NCBI GenBank assembly: GCA_963796105.1
Contig: CAWCKJ010000003.1
Coordinates: forward strand, 1-64,000
Length of the DNA: 64,000 nucleotides
Source of the DNA: a candidate division FCPU426 bacterium
GTDB taxonomy: Bacteria > Oederibacteriota > Muellerivitia > Muellerivitales > Muellerivitaceae
Direction of reading: 5' to 3'
The position numbers and the translations under genes are program-made. Positions within the stretch are counted from its first letter, which is position 1, and each line of letters begins with the position of its first letter. This document shows, one piece after another, positions 39,235 to 49,615 of this stretch. Below the pieces are notes generated by a model. That model saw only the letters and a list, made by a program, of their open reading frames with translations, did no database searches and had not been told where the DNA came from.

Positions 39235-41316
39235 ATGACGAAACGGCCGGGGAAGTCGGCTGGGATCATGAATCCCATCACCGCGCTTTGGGAGGAATCG
39301 GAAGGTTCCGCTTCCCCCCTCGGCGCGACTTGGATTCCGGCAAGTCAAGCCTACAACTTTGCCCTCTATTCCAAAAACGCCTCCGAAGTCACCCTCTTGG
39401 CTTATGGCCCAAGTGATTTCACTAATCCTGTTTATACTTATTCTTTCGATCCTCTGAGAAACAAGACCTCCCGGATTTGGCACGCGCGCATCCCCAAGGG
39501 CGCGCTCCAAGGGGCACAGTATTACGCTTATTCAGTCAATGGACCAGCGGACGACGCTTCTGAATATAGTTTTTTCAATCCCGACAAGGTGCTCCTGGAC
39601 CCCTACGCCCGCCAGGTTTTCTTTCCCCCGGATTTTTTCAGGGGCGCCGCTTGCGGGCCCGTGAGCAACGCCGGACAGGCCCCTTTGGGGGTTCTATTGG
39701 AGGGGCAGGAAGTTTTCGCCTGGGGGAATGAACCCCGGCCCCGGCACGACCACGACCTGGTGATTTATGAGACGCACGTGGGTGGATTCACGAGGAACCC
39801 CAACTCGGGTTTGCCGACGGGCCGTCGCGGCACCTTCCTGGGCGTCATGGACAAAATACCCTACTTGAAGGAATTGGGCGTCACGGCCGTGGAATTGATG
39901 CCGGTCCAGCAGTTCGACGCGACCGAGCCCAATTACTGGGGCTACATGACCCTTAACTTTTTTTCGCCCCACGCCGCCTACGCCACAGGCCAGAAGGCGG
40001 GGCAGGCCATCACGGAATTCAAGCAGATGGTCAAGGCGCTCCATAAGGCGGACATCGAGGTGTTCATGGACGTGGTTTATAACCATACGACCGAGGGCAA
40101 CGAGAACGGCCCCTGTTTCAGTTTCCGGGGGATCGACAACGACACCTATTACATGACCACCCCCTTTCCGGACGCGCCTTACGCCGATTTCACGGGAACG
40201 GGCAATACCTTGAACTGCTCCAACCAGGCGGTCCAGCGTTTGATCACCGACAGTCTCCGTTACTGGGTGGAAGAAATGCACGTGGACGGGTTCCGCTTCG
40301 ACTTGGCCTCTGTGTTCTCGCGCAGTTCCAACGGGAGCGTGAATTTCGATGATCCGCCCATCATCGATGAGATCGCCTTGGAGCCGAACCTTTACAACGT
40401 CCGCTTGATCGCGGAACCCTGGGAGGGAGGAGCCCAGGGCAATTACGAGCTGGGCAACGAGCCGACTCAGCGGAGCTTTCCCGGGATCTATTGGCGCCAA
40501 TGGAATGACCAGTTTCGCAGGAAGACGCGCCAGTTCGTGAAGGGGGACGGGGGATTGGTCGCGGAAATACTCACGAGGGTATATGGAAGTTCCGACTTCT
40601 TCCCAGACGTACTGCCTTTTTCATACCGGGCTTACCAAAGCCTGAATTATCTTTCATCCCATGACGGGCCGACCCTCTATGATCTGACGGCCTATAACCG
40701 GGACGACCAGCAAAGCTGGAATTGCGGTTGGGAAGGCGACGCGGGAGCCCCGCAGGCTGTCCTGGCGCTTCGCAAGCAACAGGTGAAGAATTTCCTCGCC
40801 TTGCTTTTGCTTTCCAACGGCACCCCCATGTTTCGGGCGGGAGATGAGTTCCTCCAGACCCAGTTGGGCAACGCGAACCCTTACAATATCGACGATTTCA
40901 CCACTTGGCTGGATTGGAGCAGGCTAAACGCGAATGAGGATATTTTCCGTTTCTTTTCCAAAATGGTGGCTTTCAGAAAAGCCCACCCCAGCATAGGGCG
41001 GTCCAGCTTTTGGAGGGAGGATGTGGCCTGGTGTGGAGTAGGCGGCCAAACCGACATTTCACCTGATTCCCACAGCTTCGCCTTTCGCCTGAAGGGCGGT
41101 TCCTTGAACGACTTGGACATCTATGTGATGGTCAACGCTTGGTGGAACCCTTTGATATTTCAAATTCAACAGGGAAATGGCGGGGATTGGAAGAAAGTCA
41201 TTGATACGGGTGCCGCCAGCCCAATGGATATAGTGGATCCAGGCGTTGTAAAGCCCTTGATTACGCCCAACTGCCAGGTCCAGCCCCGGTCGGTAGTGGT
41301 TTTGGTGAGTTGTTAG
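39235..41316 (+). CDS. glgX: Glycogen debranching enzyme/isoamylase (CBM48 + GH13)
   Basis: NYWGY, DVVYNHT, DGFRFDLAS, LIAEPW and SHDG motifs. Confidence 0.9.
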   Translation: MTKRPGKSAGIMNPITALWEESEGSASPLGATWIPASQAYNFALYSKNASEVTLLAYGPSDFTNPVYTYSFDPLRNKTSRIWHARIPKGALQGAQYYAYSVNGPADDASEYSFFNPDKVLLDPYARQVFFPPDFFRGAACGPVSNAGQAPLGVLLEGQEVFAWGNEPRPRHDHDLVIYETHVGGFTRNPNSGLPTGRRGTFLGVMDKIPYLKELGVTAVELMPVQQFDATEPNYWGYMTLNFFSPHAAYATGQKAGQAITEFKQMVKALHKADIEVFMDVVYNHTTEGNENGPCFSFRGIDNDTYYMTTPFPDAPYADFTGTGNTLNCSNQAVQRLITDSLRYWVEEMHVDGFRFDLASVFSRSSNGSVNFDDPPIIDEIALEPNLYNVRLIAEPWEGGAQGNYELGNEPTQRSFPGIYWRQWNDQFRRKTRQFVKGDGGLVAEILTRVYGSSDFFPDVLPFSYRAYQSLNYLSSHDGPTLYDLTAYNRDDQQSWNCGWEGDAGAPQAVLALRKQQVKNFLALLLLSNGTPMFRAGDEFLQTQLGNANPYNIDDFTTWLDWSRLNANEDIFRFFSKMVAFRKAHPSIGRSSFWREDVAWCGVGGQTDISPDSHSFAFRLKGGSLNDLDIYVMVNAWWNPLIFQIQQGNGGDWKKVIDTGAASPMDIVDPGVVKPLITPNCQVQPRSVVVLVSC

Positions 41317-41408
41317 ATAATAATTCTTTTAAAACTTATTCACCACAGGCCGTCTTCGACGGCCACAAAGTACACAGTAGTAATGAAATGGAAATAGGTA
41401 CCGCTTAA

Positions 41409-41849
41409 ATGATTAAGGATACAAAAAATCTAATAATCGCCATGACCTTGCTGGTTTGTTTTACCATGTTATTTTCCGCCTGTGGCGGGACGAAAAATAA
41501 TATTCGAACCGATTCAACCACTGTTTCATCTTCCCAAAATATCCTCGATACCCTCTATTTCGGCACGAGAAAAGCCAAGGGCACTGTGACGAAAAAGGAT
41601 TGGGAAAACTTTTTGAAAGGGGTTGTAACGCCCCGGTTTCCTGATGGTTTGACAGCCTGGGAAGGTTACGGCCAGTGGAAAGGGAAGGAGGGGAAAATCA
41701 TTCGGGAAAAGAGCCATATACTCCAGTTGGTTCATCCCGCTGGTTCAGGCCCGGAGAAATCAATCCTGGATATCATCGAGATTTATAAAAAGAGGTTCAA
41801 CCAGGAATCGGTCATGAGGGTCAAAAGCCAGCCGAATGTGTCGTTTTAG
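41409..41849 (+). CDS. DUF3574-family lipoprotein
   Basis: LFSAC lipobox. LYFG..VVTPRFPDGLT..YKKRFNQESV. Confidence 0.85.
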   Translation: MIKDTKNLIIAMTLLVCFTMLFSACGGTKNNIRTDSTTVSSSQNILDTLYFGTRKAKGTVTKKDWENFLKGVVTPRFPDGLTAWEGYGQWKGKEGKIIREKSHILQLVHPAGSGPEKSILDIIEIYKKRFNQESVMRVKSQPNVSF

Positions 41850-41999
41850 GCATCAATATAAAAGGCCATCACCACAGGCCGCTTTCAGTGGCCACGAAGT
41901 ACGCGGTTTCAAATTAAACATAAAGCAAATCAATAAAAACTCTATGCGTTTTTACTGTGGTTCAGAAGGAACCCGTGGTGATAGCCTTTGCTTTGGTGT

Positions 42000-43145
42000 T
42001 TAAATGTTTTTGCCGTAGATCCGATAACTTTTGTATTGGGTGGCGCCGGTGGCGGCGATGCCCTTATTGATCATGTCGTTGTCTTCCAATGTCCATGACA
42101 ACTCGCCTCCGACCACATGCCGGTTCATGCCGGCCTTGAAAATCTCATGATAAAGAACCGCTTCGATGCCTTTCAAACGATACTCCGGGATTACCCCCAA
42201 GGCCATCAAGCGCGCCGCGTTCACCTTTTTCATTCCCAAAAGGAATTTGACCACCGCGAAGGGATCACTCAGCGAGAAAAGCTCGCCGTTTAATTTCATG
42301 AGGACTTGGTTCACGTCTGGGGTGCAGAGGCAGGCACCGACTGTTTTGCCCGCTACCTCTGCGAAAATGATGAAATCAGGCCAGACGATATCCTTGAGTT
42401 TCTTGGCCTGGTAATTCAGCTCGTCGTCCGTCATGGCGACGGCGCCCCAGTTCTTTTCCCAAGCCAGGTTATAGACTTCCTTGAAGGACATGACTTCCTG
42501 GAAAAATTTCTTCGTGTCCAGGGTCCGGATCACGAGTTTCTCGCGCTTCTTGATGTGCTCCGCGATGCGCACGATGCGCTCTGGGAAGGGCTTGTCGGTC
42601 CCCAGCCACCAGGCGTAAAGATCCTTGGCCTTGGCGTAACCGGCCTTCTCGGCCAGCTCCAGGTAATAGGGGGGATTGTAGGTCATGGCCATGACTGCGG
42701 GCTTGTCGTAGCCTTTCAAGAGGAACCCATAGCAGTCGTCATTGGAGGTGAAGCTGGCGGGCCCCCGGACGCAGGTCATGCCCTCACTCTTGATGAATTT
42801 CTCAGCCTCGGCAAAAAGGGCCTTGGCCGTTTCAATGTCGTTCACGCACTCGAACCAGCCGAAGAAGCCGGTTTTCTCGTTCCATTGCTTGTTGAAGTTG
42901 TCATCCACGCTCGCGGAGATCCGGCCGACCGGCTCGCCTTTCCCGTCCAGGGCCAGGAAAAGCCTGGTGCGGCTGTGCTTATGGTAAGGATTGGTTTGCG
43001 GGCTCAGCAGGCTCCGGTGGTCCGGGAGGAATGGAGGCACCCAATTGGTGTCGCGTTTCCCGCCAGGGGCGTAGATTTTCCAAGGAATATGCAGAAAGGC
43101 TTCCACGTCCTGCTTGTTCTCGACAACTTTAATGGTGACAGCCAT
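42000..43145 (-). CDS. GNAT-fold acyltransferase, bacterial ceramide-synthase-like
   Basis: GRISA, GFFGWFEC, YNPPYY, GELSWTLEDN, YKSYRIY. Directly downstream of spt. ATG 43145. Confidence 0.75.
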   Translation of the reverse strand: MAVTIKVVENKQDVEAFLHIPWKIYAPGGKRDTNWVPPFLPDHRSLLSPQTNPYHKHSRTRLFLALDGKGEPVGRISASVDDNFNKQWNEKTGFFGWFECVNDIETAKALFAEAEKFIKSEGMTCVRGPASFTSNDDCYGFLLKGYDKPAVMAMTYNPPYYLELAEKAGYAKAKDLYAWWLGTDKPFPERIVRIAEHIKKREKLVIRTLDTKKFFQEVMSFKEVYNLAWEKNWGAVAMTDDELNYQAKKLKDIVWPDFIIFAEVAGKTVGACLCTPDVNQVLMKLNGELFSLSDPFAVVKFLLGMKKVNAARLMALGVIPEYRLKGIEAVLYHEIFKAGMNRHVVGGELSWTLEDNDMINKGIAATGATQYKSYRIYGKNI

Positions 43146-43156
43146 TGAACTCCCCC

Positions 43157-44335
43157 TTAAATGACTTTGTATTTCTTGCCGACTTTCCTGAAACAATCCA
43201 AGACATGGTCCAACTGTTGATCCGTGTGGGTAGCGGTGTAACTGGTTCTAATCAAGGTTTGCTCGGGAGGCACGGCTGGGGAGACCACGGGGGTCGCGAA
43301 AACCCCCATTTCGCCCAATTCCTTGGTCATGGCGAAGGTCTTCATGTTATCGCCCACCATGAGGGGGATGATGGCGGAGTTGGTATTCAATGTGTTCCAG
43401 CCCATCGCCTTGAACTCGGAGCGCATGCGCTTGATGATGACCCAAAGCCGCTGCTGGCGGTCCGGCTCGCGCTTGATGATTTCCAGGCTCTTCAAGACCG
43501 CGGCGGTATCCGCGGGGGAAAGACTGGCCGTGAAGATGAGCGGACGGCTGTTGTGCCGCAAATAATCTATCACTTTATGGGTGGAGGCGATGAAACCGCC
43601 AATGGAGACCAGGGATTTGGAGAAGGTTCCCATTACCATATCCACGTCTTTTTGGACCCCGAAATGGGAGCCGGTTCCCTCGCCATTAATACCCAGGACG
43701 CCGAGGGAATGGGCCTCATCCACCATCAACCTGGCTCCATATTTCTTCTTGAGTTCGACGATCTTGGGAAGGTTGCAAACGTCGCCGCCCATGGAAAAGA
43801 CGCCGTCGGTGACGATGAGTTTGGGCTGGTCCGCGTGGTTGGAAAGAACCCTTTCCAGGTCTTCCATGTCGTTATGCCCATACTTGACGGTTTTCGCGAA
43901 GGAGAGCTTTTGCCCATCCACGATGGAGGCGTGATTGTCCCGGTCCGAGATGATGTAATCCCCCCTGGTCGCGATAGTGGAGAGGGCTCCCAAATTGGCC
44001 AGATAGCCCGCGGAATAAACAAGGGCGTTTTCCATGTGCACGAAATCAGCCAGTTTTTCCTCCAACTCGATACGGATATCCAGGGTGCCGTTTAGGAAGG
44101 GGGAGCCTGTGCAGGCGGAGCCATATTTACGGGTTGCCTGTACGATAGCTTCCAGTACCTCAGGATGGGTGACTAAGCCCAGGTAGTTGTTGGAGCCTAC
44201 CATGATCATCTTCTTCCCGCCGATGGTCACTTCCGTGCCGAGCGCCGAGGTGTTGGGACGGAAATAAGGGTAAACCCCCGCTTTCCTAACATCGTCCGCG
44301 GCGGTCCAGTTATTAGCCTTGTCGAAAATATCCAT
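43157..44335 (-). CDS. spt: PLP-dependent alpha-oxoamine synthase, probable serine palmitoyltransferase
   Basis: YPYF, GSNNYLGL, DEAHS and GTFSKS motifs. The spt assignment over bioF/kbl rests on gene context. Confidence 0.78.
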   Translation of the reverse strand: MDIFDKANNWTAADDVRKAGVYPYFRPNTSALGTEVTIGGKKMIMVGSNNYLGLVTHPEVLEAIVQATRKYGSACTGSPFLNGTLDIRIELEEKLADFVHMENALVYSAGYLANLGALSTIATRGDYIISDRDNHASIVDGQKLSFAKTVKYGHNDMEDLERVLSNHADQPKLIVTDGVFSMGGDVCNLPKIVELKKKYGARLMVDEAHSLGVLGINGEGTGSHFGVQKDVDMVMGTFSKSLVSIGGFIASTHKVIDYLRHNSRPLIFTASLSPADTAAVLKSLEIIKREPDRQQRLWVIIKRMRSEFKAMGWNTLNTNSAIIPLMVGDNMKTFAMTKELGEMGVFATPVVSPAVPPEQTLIRTSYTATHTDQQLDHVLDCFRKVGKKYKVI

Positions 44336-44613
44336 GGTTCCTCTTGTATAAAATGATTTTGCTACATTACGCTTGATTTTATTTCATATCAGCAAAATTG
44401 GTTCGTGAGTGACTTAAGAATATTTCGAGAATGGCGCCGAACTTGCTGATTAATGATCAGAAAGTACTAGATGTATATGAAATCTCCAGGTATCCCGAGA
44501 GCTTCGAGAATATTTTGGGATGATTTCCACACAAATGTTGTTGCTGAAGGCCGGGTTATTATAGGATGGTGAACTATGTTTATCAAACATTTTGCCGGTT
44601 CAGACCGGCAACC

Positions 44614-45618
44614 ATGAAAATTCCCTCTCCCGTCTTAATTACAGGCGCAAGCGGTTTCGTAGGGGGCCATTTGGCCGAGACTTTGGCCAAAAAAAAGGTC
44701 AAGACGAAAATATTAATTCGCAATACGAGCAGGCTTCCATTTGAGCTTCTTCCTAATATGAAAATCTGCTATGGAGATGTGACGGACTTGGAATCGGTCC
44801 GGATAGCCGCCGATGGCGTCAAGACCGTTTTCCACTTGGCTGGAATATTACGTGGCTCGAACCTGGAGAACTACCGGAAAGTCAACGTAGTGGGGACCTG
44901 GAATGTTTGCAAGGCCGCGGCAGAGGCTGGAACCGTCAAGAAACTGGTTTATGTCAGCTCCCTTTCGGCCGCGGGGCCGGCCTGGGATAACCAGGAACTG
45001 GATGAGACTATGCCTTGCCGACCCATCAGCTTTTACGGGCAGACTAAATTGGAAGGGGAGAGGGTCGCCCAGAGTTTCCATGGTGATTACCGTGTAACGA
45101 TTTTAAGGCCTGGCGCGGTCTATGGCCCAAGGGAAAAGGATCTTTTTGAGTATTTCAAGATGGTTAGGGGTGGAATCATCGTCAATTCAGGAGACGGCAG
45201 CCAAAGAGTAAGCTTTGTGCATGTCTTCGACCTGGTAGAGGCCATTATGCTCGCGGCGAAGAGCCCAAAATCCGGAGGCCGTATTTATTTCGTCTCGGAC
45301 GGTCAAGGACTCAGCTGGAACGAGCTGGCCCGTCATATCGGTAATGTCCTTAAAAAATCCTATAAAACATTCAATGTTCCGCTGGGAATCGTTAGAATGG
45401 TGGCCGCTTTGGGGGATTGGACTAAAACCTTAACCGGGCAATCCTTTTTGCCCCCGATTGTGAGTTCTGACAAAGTGAAGGAAGCCGCGGCTCCCGGATG
45501 GGTTTGTGGAAACCACAAAATAAGAAGGGAATTGGGCTTTAAACCGCGTTTCGACATTAAAAAGGGCATCGAGGAAACCGCTAAATTTTATTTTGAAAAA
45601 GGTTGGCTGCAACCTTAA
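44614..45618 (+). CDS. NAD-dependent epimerase/reductase (extended SDR)
   Basis: TGASGFVG, HLAG, YGQTK, RPGAVYGP. Divergent from spt. Confidence 0.88.
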   Translation: MKIPSPVLITGASGFVGGHLAETLAKKKVKTKILIRNTSRLPFELLPNMKICYGDVTDLESVRIAADGVKTVFHLAGILRGSNLENYRKVNVVGTWNVCKAAAEAGTVKKLVYVSSLSAAGPAWDNQELDETMPCRPISFYGQTKLEGERVAQSFHGDYRVTILRPGAVYGPREKDLFEYFKMVRGGIIVNSGDGSQRVSFVHVFDLVEAIMLAAKSPKSGGRIYFVSDGQGLSWNELARHIGNVLKKSYKTFNVPLGIVRMVAALGDWTKTLTGQSFLPPIVSSDKVKEAAAPGWVCGNHKIRRELGFKPRFDIKKGIEETAKFYFEKGWLQP

Positions 45619-45712
45619 AGTATTCCCGGTTTTACCATGATTTTGGTATGTTCTCTTGTCCATGGTTCTGATTTTTTAAGTTTTATTTCCACTTTAATCT
45701 GCTGGAGGCCAC

Positions 45713-46786
45713 ATGGGTTTTGGAATTGCGAAAAGATATGGGTTGTTTCCATTTCTTTTCCTGCTTTTGGCGCCATTTGCTTGGGGCCAAAACCAAGTGA
45801 CGGACTCCGTTTTGCCCCCGGATCATTTGCTGGAAAATCTTCCCTGGCTCAACGATGATGGGAAAATCGAAAGCAAAGGCCTTTTTGACTTCGAGGATAT
45901 CCGCAGCTTGGGCGAGGAAGACATGATACTGGTCTACCGGCAAGCCATACCCGTCAATGAATTGGACAAGCCCCATGATCAGACGCTGATCGTTTGTTTT
46001 TACGATCCTGTGAAGAAAAAATACGTCAAGAATTTCGAGGATGATGGAGGGCCGGTTCTTTGGATGAAAGTCGTCACCCAAGCGGATCAAAAACGCTCCT
46101 TTATGCTTATGCAGAGGGATGATTTGAAGGGGAGCCAAATCTTGAAAGGTTATACTTATTTAAATGGAAATGTGAAGCAGGTTTTGGAGGCGATGGCTCC
46201 TGAAATGGCGGTGGATGTAAAGTCGGGTGGAGAAGGTCCTGTGCTTTGGTGTTCCTTGAAGGAAAAACCAAAAAACGAGAATAACGCGGAGCATGTCTTT
46301 TACTGGGACGCGGCAAAGGAACAATTCACGGACAAGAAAGTAGTCGCTTCTTCTAACGGTTGGTCCGGCTTCTCCCTCGTGATCGCGACACCGGTGGTGA
46401 CAGTCAAAGGAAACCCGGGCGAAAATGGCGCTGCCGTGAAACCAGGACCGGTGAAGCACAAGTCGGCAAACGGATGGTGGGATGAGCCTTTGGACGCCAA
46501 AGCCTCCTTAACCCAGTTGAAAACGGAGTTGGTCCCGGACCGCATTAAAAACAAGCAAATCGCCCAATTGGGACAGGACGCCAAGGCTTTCTTCAACGAG
46601 CTTCAAAAGCAGGGAATCCCGGCGAAGGAAATCACCTCCATGAGGTCGGTTTATTATTCGTCGGTTGCGGGCGTCCTATTCCAGGAAGGGAACGCCAAGG
46701 ACGCGGAGTATTATTTGAAAATCGCCTTGTCCTATAATCCGGAAAATCCCGCCGCTGTGGCCTTAAAAGAAAAGATTCAAAAATAG
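45713..46786 (+). CDS. Exported hypothetical protein with C-terminal TPR-like helices
   Basis: GGAGG RBS, signal peptide, AEYYLKIALSYNPEN. Confidence 0.65.
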   Translation: MGFGIAKRYGLFPFLFLLLAPFAWGQNQVTDSVLPPDHLLENLPWLNDDGKIESKGLFDFEDIRSLGEEDMILVYRQAIPVNELDKPHDQTLIVCFYDPVKKKYVKNFEDDGGPVLWMKVVTQADQKRSFMLMQRDDLKGSQILKGYTYLNGNVKQVLEAMAPEMAVDVKSGGEGPVLWCSLKEKPKNENNAEHVFYWDAAKEQFTDKKVVASSNGWSGFSLVIATPVVTVKGNPGENGAAVKPGPVKHKSANGWWDEPLDAKASLTQLKTELVPDRIKNKQIAQLGQDAKAFFNELQKQGIPAKEITSMRSVYYSSVAGVLFQEGNAKDAEYYLKIALSYNPENPAAVALKEKIQK

Positions 46787-46908
46787 GAAATATTAATTTT
46801 TTTATTGTAAAAAGTGGTGCACTTGGGTTTCCAATTGGAAGTATCAAGGAAACCAAGTATGTGCCAATCTCTTTTTGGCGGCATAAGCCGCCATTCTTAT
46901 AGAAAGAT

Positions 46909-46935
46909 TGGTGCCCGAGGCGGGACAATCGAACC
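46909..46935 (-). repeat. Duplicate of the tRNA-Leu 3' end (att-like)
   Basis: TGGTGCCCGAGGCGGGAC is identical to 47052-47069, followed by aaTCGAACC. Confidence 0.85.
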
Positions 46936-47051
46936 ACGCTGACGCGCTCGCAGGGGAAATATCCCCTGCGGATCCCCGTTGAACAGCCGTGAAAACTCCC
47001 GTTTTCCCGACCTTTCCCAGGGTTCTCGTCCCAAATAATATAATAAAAAAA

Positions 47052-47134
47052 TGGTGCCCGAGGCGGGACTCGAACCCGCACGGTCTCCCATACGCACCTC
47101 AAGCGTACGTGTCTGCCAATTCCACCACTCGGGC
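47052..47134 (-). tRNA. tRNA-Leu(GAG)
   Basis: Anticodon arm TACGC-TTGAGGT-GCGTA, long variable arm, GGTTCGAGTCC, encoded CCA. Confidence 0.97.
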
Positions 47135-47231
47135 TTTTTCGAAACTTTTTCCGTTAAAGAAGGCGTATTATAACGCTCGACTCTTGATTGTCAATCCAAC
47201 CCAGTTTTTCCATGAGACATGCTAAGCGAAG

Positions 47232-49595
47232 GTGAAACCGTTGAAAAAAACCTTAGCCTCCTTAGTGCTTTTGATTATTTTTATTTTCGGAGTGGGGAAA
47301 TCCGGTTTTTTTCCGTCATTGCGTTTAATCCATGATTCCACCCTGGACATGAATAATTTCCTCCCGCTTTTGAAGGCAAAGCTCGGCTCGGTGTTATGGT
47401 TTCTATTTGCAGGGCTTGGGGTGATCGGCTGGGTAGGGACTTTCCAACGACTATTGCCGAGAAAAAGGAAAGTTGATAGGTTCACGATCCTAGGCGCTAT
47501 TCTAAACCTCGCGGGTTTTTCACTTTGGGAATTCGGTTTGGGCGTCAACGGCTTATTGTATCGGCCATTGACGGTTCTGTTTTTCCTGCTGGGTGTTTTA
47601 TCCGGGTATCCAAAATACAAAGAGGTTTTGACGGGTTGGCCCCGCTTTAAATGGGACGGTAGGATGTATTTGCTCTTGGCGTTGTTGGCCTTGCCTTGGC
47701 TTTTTGAGGTTTTTTCTCCTCCCATCATTTGGGACGCTATTCTCGATCATTTTCGTTACGCGAAAGAGATTTCCCGTTTGCACCAAATCCCTTTCCATTG
47801 GACCAACCACACGGGCGACATGCCCAAATTCGCCGAGTTGATCCTAGCTGGTTTTTGGAATTTAGGGGGCGAAGGACTTTCAAAACTAGCCTGCGCCTTA
47901 CCAGCGATATTAATCGCGGCGCTAATTGTTTTATACGCCAAGGAATGGGGCGGGAGCGCGGCAACGGGATGGTTGATTTTCTTAAGTTGTCCTTTCTTCT
48001 TGGCGATTTTCACCTGGGGTTATGTCGAGGGTTTTTTGGTTTTATTTGAAATAACCGCTGTCTTCGGCCTCTGGAAGTCATTGGAAGACCCTGCGGATAT
48101 AAGTTGTCTATATTGTGCGGCGTTCTTCATGGGTTGTTCCTTGGCGGTCAAGTACACGGCGGTTTTCACGATTGGAGCTTGCGGTCTGATCCTGGTTTTT
48201 ATGTGGATCGGGAAGAAATCAAAGTTGGGATTGGACTTGAAATGTCTTGTATTATTCCTGATTCCTTTTATTCCCTGGGGATTAAAAAATTATTTGGCCA
48301 ATGGAAATCCATTTTATCCCCTGGCAACCAGCCTATTCGGAGGACCTCCCGGATATAACACCAACCTGGAAGCGAGTTTATGGGAGGACACGGGTTTGCC
48401 CGGTAGTTTTTCCTTTTTAAGCGCTGGGAAATTATTGGCGCGTGTATTTTTTACCTCTGATAATTCCGTCAACGCAGCCTGGACTCCGATGCTTTTAATG
48501 GCACTTCCTTGGTTGTGGAAACCCATGAAAACAAGGCTTGGATTATTCCTGGGGCTATTTTCGGTTCTTTTTTTAGGGGGATGGCTCATGGCCTGCACCA
48601 ACTTTAGGCACGCGGCGGTTGGGGCCATGGTTATGGTTTTGTTGGCCGCGATGGGCTGGGCGGAGGCTTTTGAGCAAAAAGGAATTGGAATTCGGATGGT
48701 TTTTACGGCGGGGTTAATCGTGTCTTTCTGGCTTTGTCTATCCGCGCAATTCACTTCGACCGCTCCTTATGCCTCTGCGTTAGGGCTCGAAGGCTCTATC
48801 GAGCGGCTCAAGCGAAATTATTATTACGATTGGGACACCTTTGCCGCTTACCGGCAAATAGAGATGAATTCCGATGAAAAGGATAAAGTCTTGGCATTTG
48901 GGCTTTATCAAACCTATCCCCTGAGAAGAACCGCGTTCGTGGACTTCTTTTGGAAACAACCGATATTTTTAAAATGGGCCTCCTCGTGCCGTACCGCCGA
49001 GGATTTGGCCTCCTTATTGAGGAAAGAGGGAGTTTCTTATTTTCTTTATCAGAAAAGGGAAGCTGAATTCATGTACCTGAAGGAAAAGGATTTTAATTTA
49101 TCTGGAATTTCCGAGCTGGAATACCAGCGGTTTTGGAAATATTTTATGGAGCCTGTTTTCCAAGGCGAAAACACGACGCTTTATAAAATCAGGGACACGC
49201 CATCCGCAATTCCGGCTGCGCTTTCGCAATTGCCCGGATCGCAGGAAAAATACCTTATGCGCATTGGAAGTATCAAATCCTCCATTCTTCCTCACGCGGA
49301 ATTGGAGCGAACCGCGGCGCGATGGACGAGGGATTATCCTGAATTGGGGTTAGCTTGGGCGAAAAGAGCGGAATTGGAAATACGGGAAAGCAAATATCGG
49401 AATGCAGTTGCATTCGGGAAAAAAGCGGAAGAATGCGGATATCAGGACCTGGAACTTTGCCGGGCAATGGCATATAGCTTGAAAATGGAGAAAATGAATG
49501 AAGAGGCGGACAACTGGACGAGAAGATTTAATGAAAGGACCGAGTGGCTGGGTGGGGAAACGGCAAGGGCAATTCATTATTACCAAGGTTATTGA
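47232..49595 (+). CDS. Multi-pass GT-C (ArnT/PMT-like) glycosyltransferase with TPR-like tail
   Basis: PPIIWDAILDH, AVKYT and KNYLANGNPFYP motifs. Many TM segments. Confidence 0.7.
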   Translation: MKPLKKTLASLVLLIIFIFGVGKSGFFPSLRLIHDSTLDMNNFLPLLKAKLGSVLWFLFAGLGVIGWVGTFQRLLPRKRKVDRFTILGAILNLAGFSLWEFGLGVNGLLYRPLTVLFFLLGVLSGYPKYKEVLTGWPRFKWDGRMYLLLALLALPWLFEVFSPPIIWDAILDHFRYAKEISRLHQIPFHWTNHTGDMPKFAELILAGFWNLGGEGLSKLACALPAILIAALIVLYAKEWGGSAATGWLIFLSCPFFLAIFTWGYVEGFLVLFEITAVFGLWKSLEDPADISCLYCAAFFMGCSLAVKYTAVFTIGACGLILVFMWIGKKSKLGLDLKCLVLFLIPFIPWGLKNYLANGNPFYPLATSLFGGPPGYNTNLEASLWEDTGLPGSFSFLSAGKLLARVFFTSDNSVNAAWTPMLLMALPWLWKPMKTRLGLFLGLFSVLFLGGWLMACTNFRHAAVGAMVMVLLAAMGWAEAFEQKGIGIRMVFTAGLIVSFWLCLSAQFTSTAPYASALGLEGSIERLKRNYYYDWDTFAAYRQIEMNSDEKDKVLAFGLYQTYPLRRTAFVDFFWKQPIFLKWASSCRTAEDLASLLRKEGVSYFLYQKREAEFMYLKEKDFNLSGISELEYQRFWKYFMEPVFQGENTTLYKIRDTPSAIPAALSQLPGSQEKYLMRIGSIKSSILPHAELERTAARWTRDYPELGLAWAKRAELEIRESKYRNAVAFGKKAEECGYQDLELCRAMAYSLKMEKMNEEADNWTRRFNERTEWLGGETARAIHYYQGY

Positions 49596-49615
49596 TCTTC
49601 TTTTTGGATGGCCGT

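Noticed and set aside
20028..40500. Long minus-strand ORFs (20028-20813, 24125-24826, 25811-26638, 31641-32357, 39694-40500)
   Set aside because: Shadows of well-supported GC-rich plus-strand genes.
42306..44095. Plus-strand ORFs of 280 and 316 aa
   Set aside because: Antisense shadows of the GNAT and spt genes with no recognisable motifs.
43157..44335. bioF or kbl assignment
   Set aside because: No biotin or tdh genes nearby, and the GNAT and reductase context favours spt. Not fully excluded without phylogeny.
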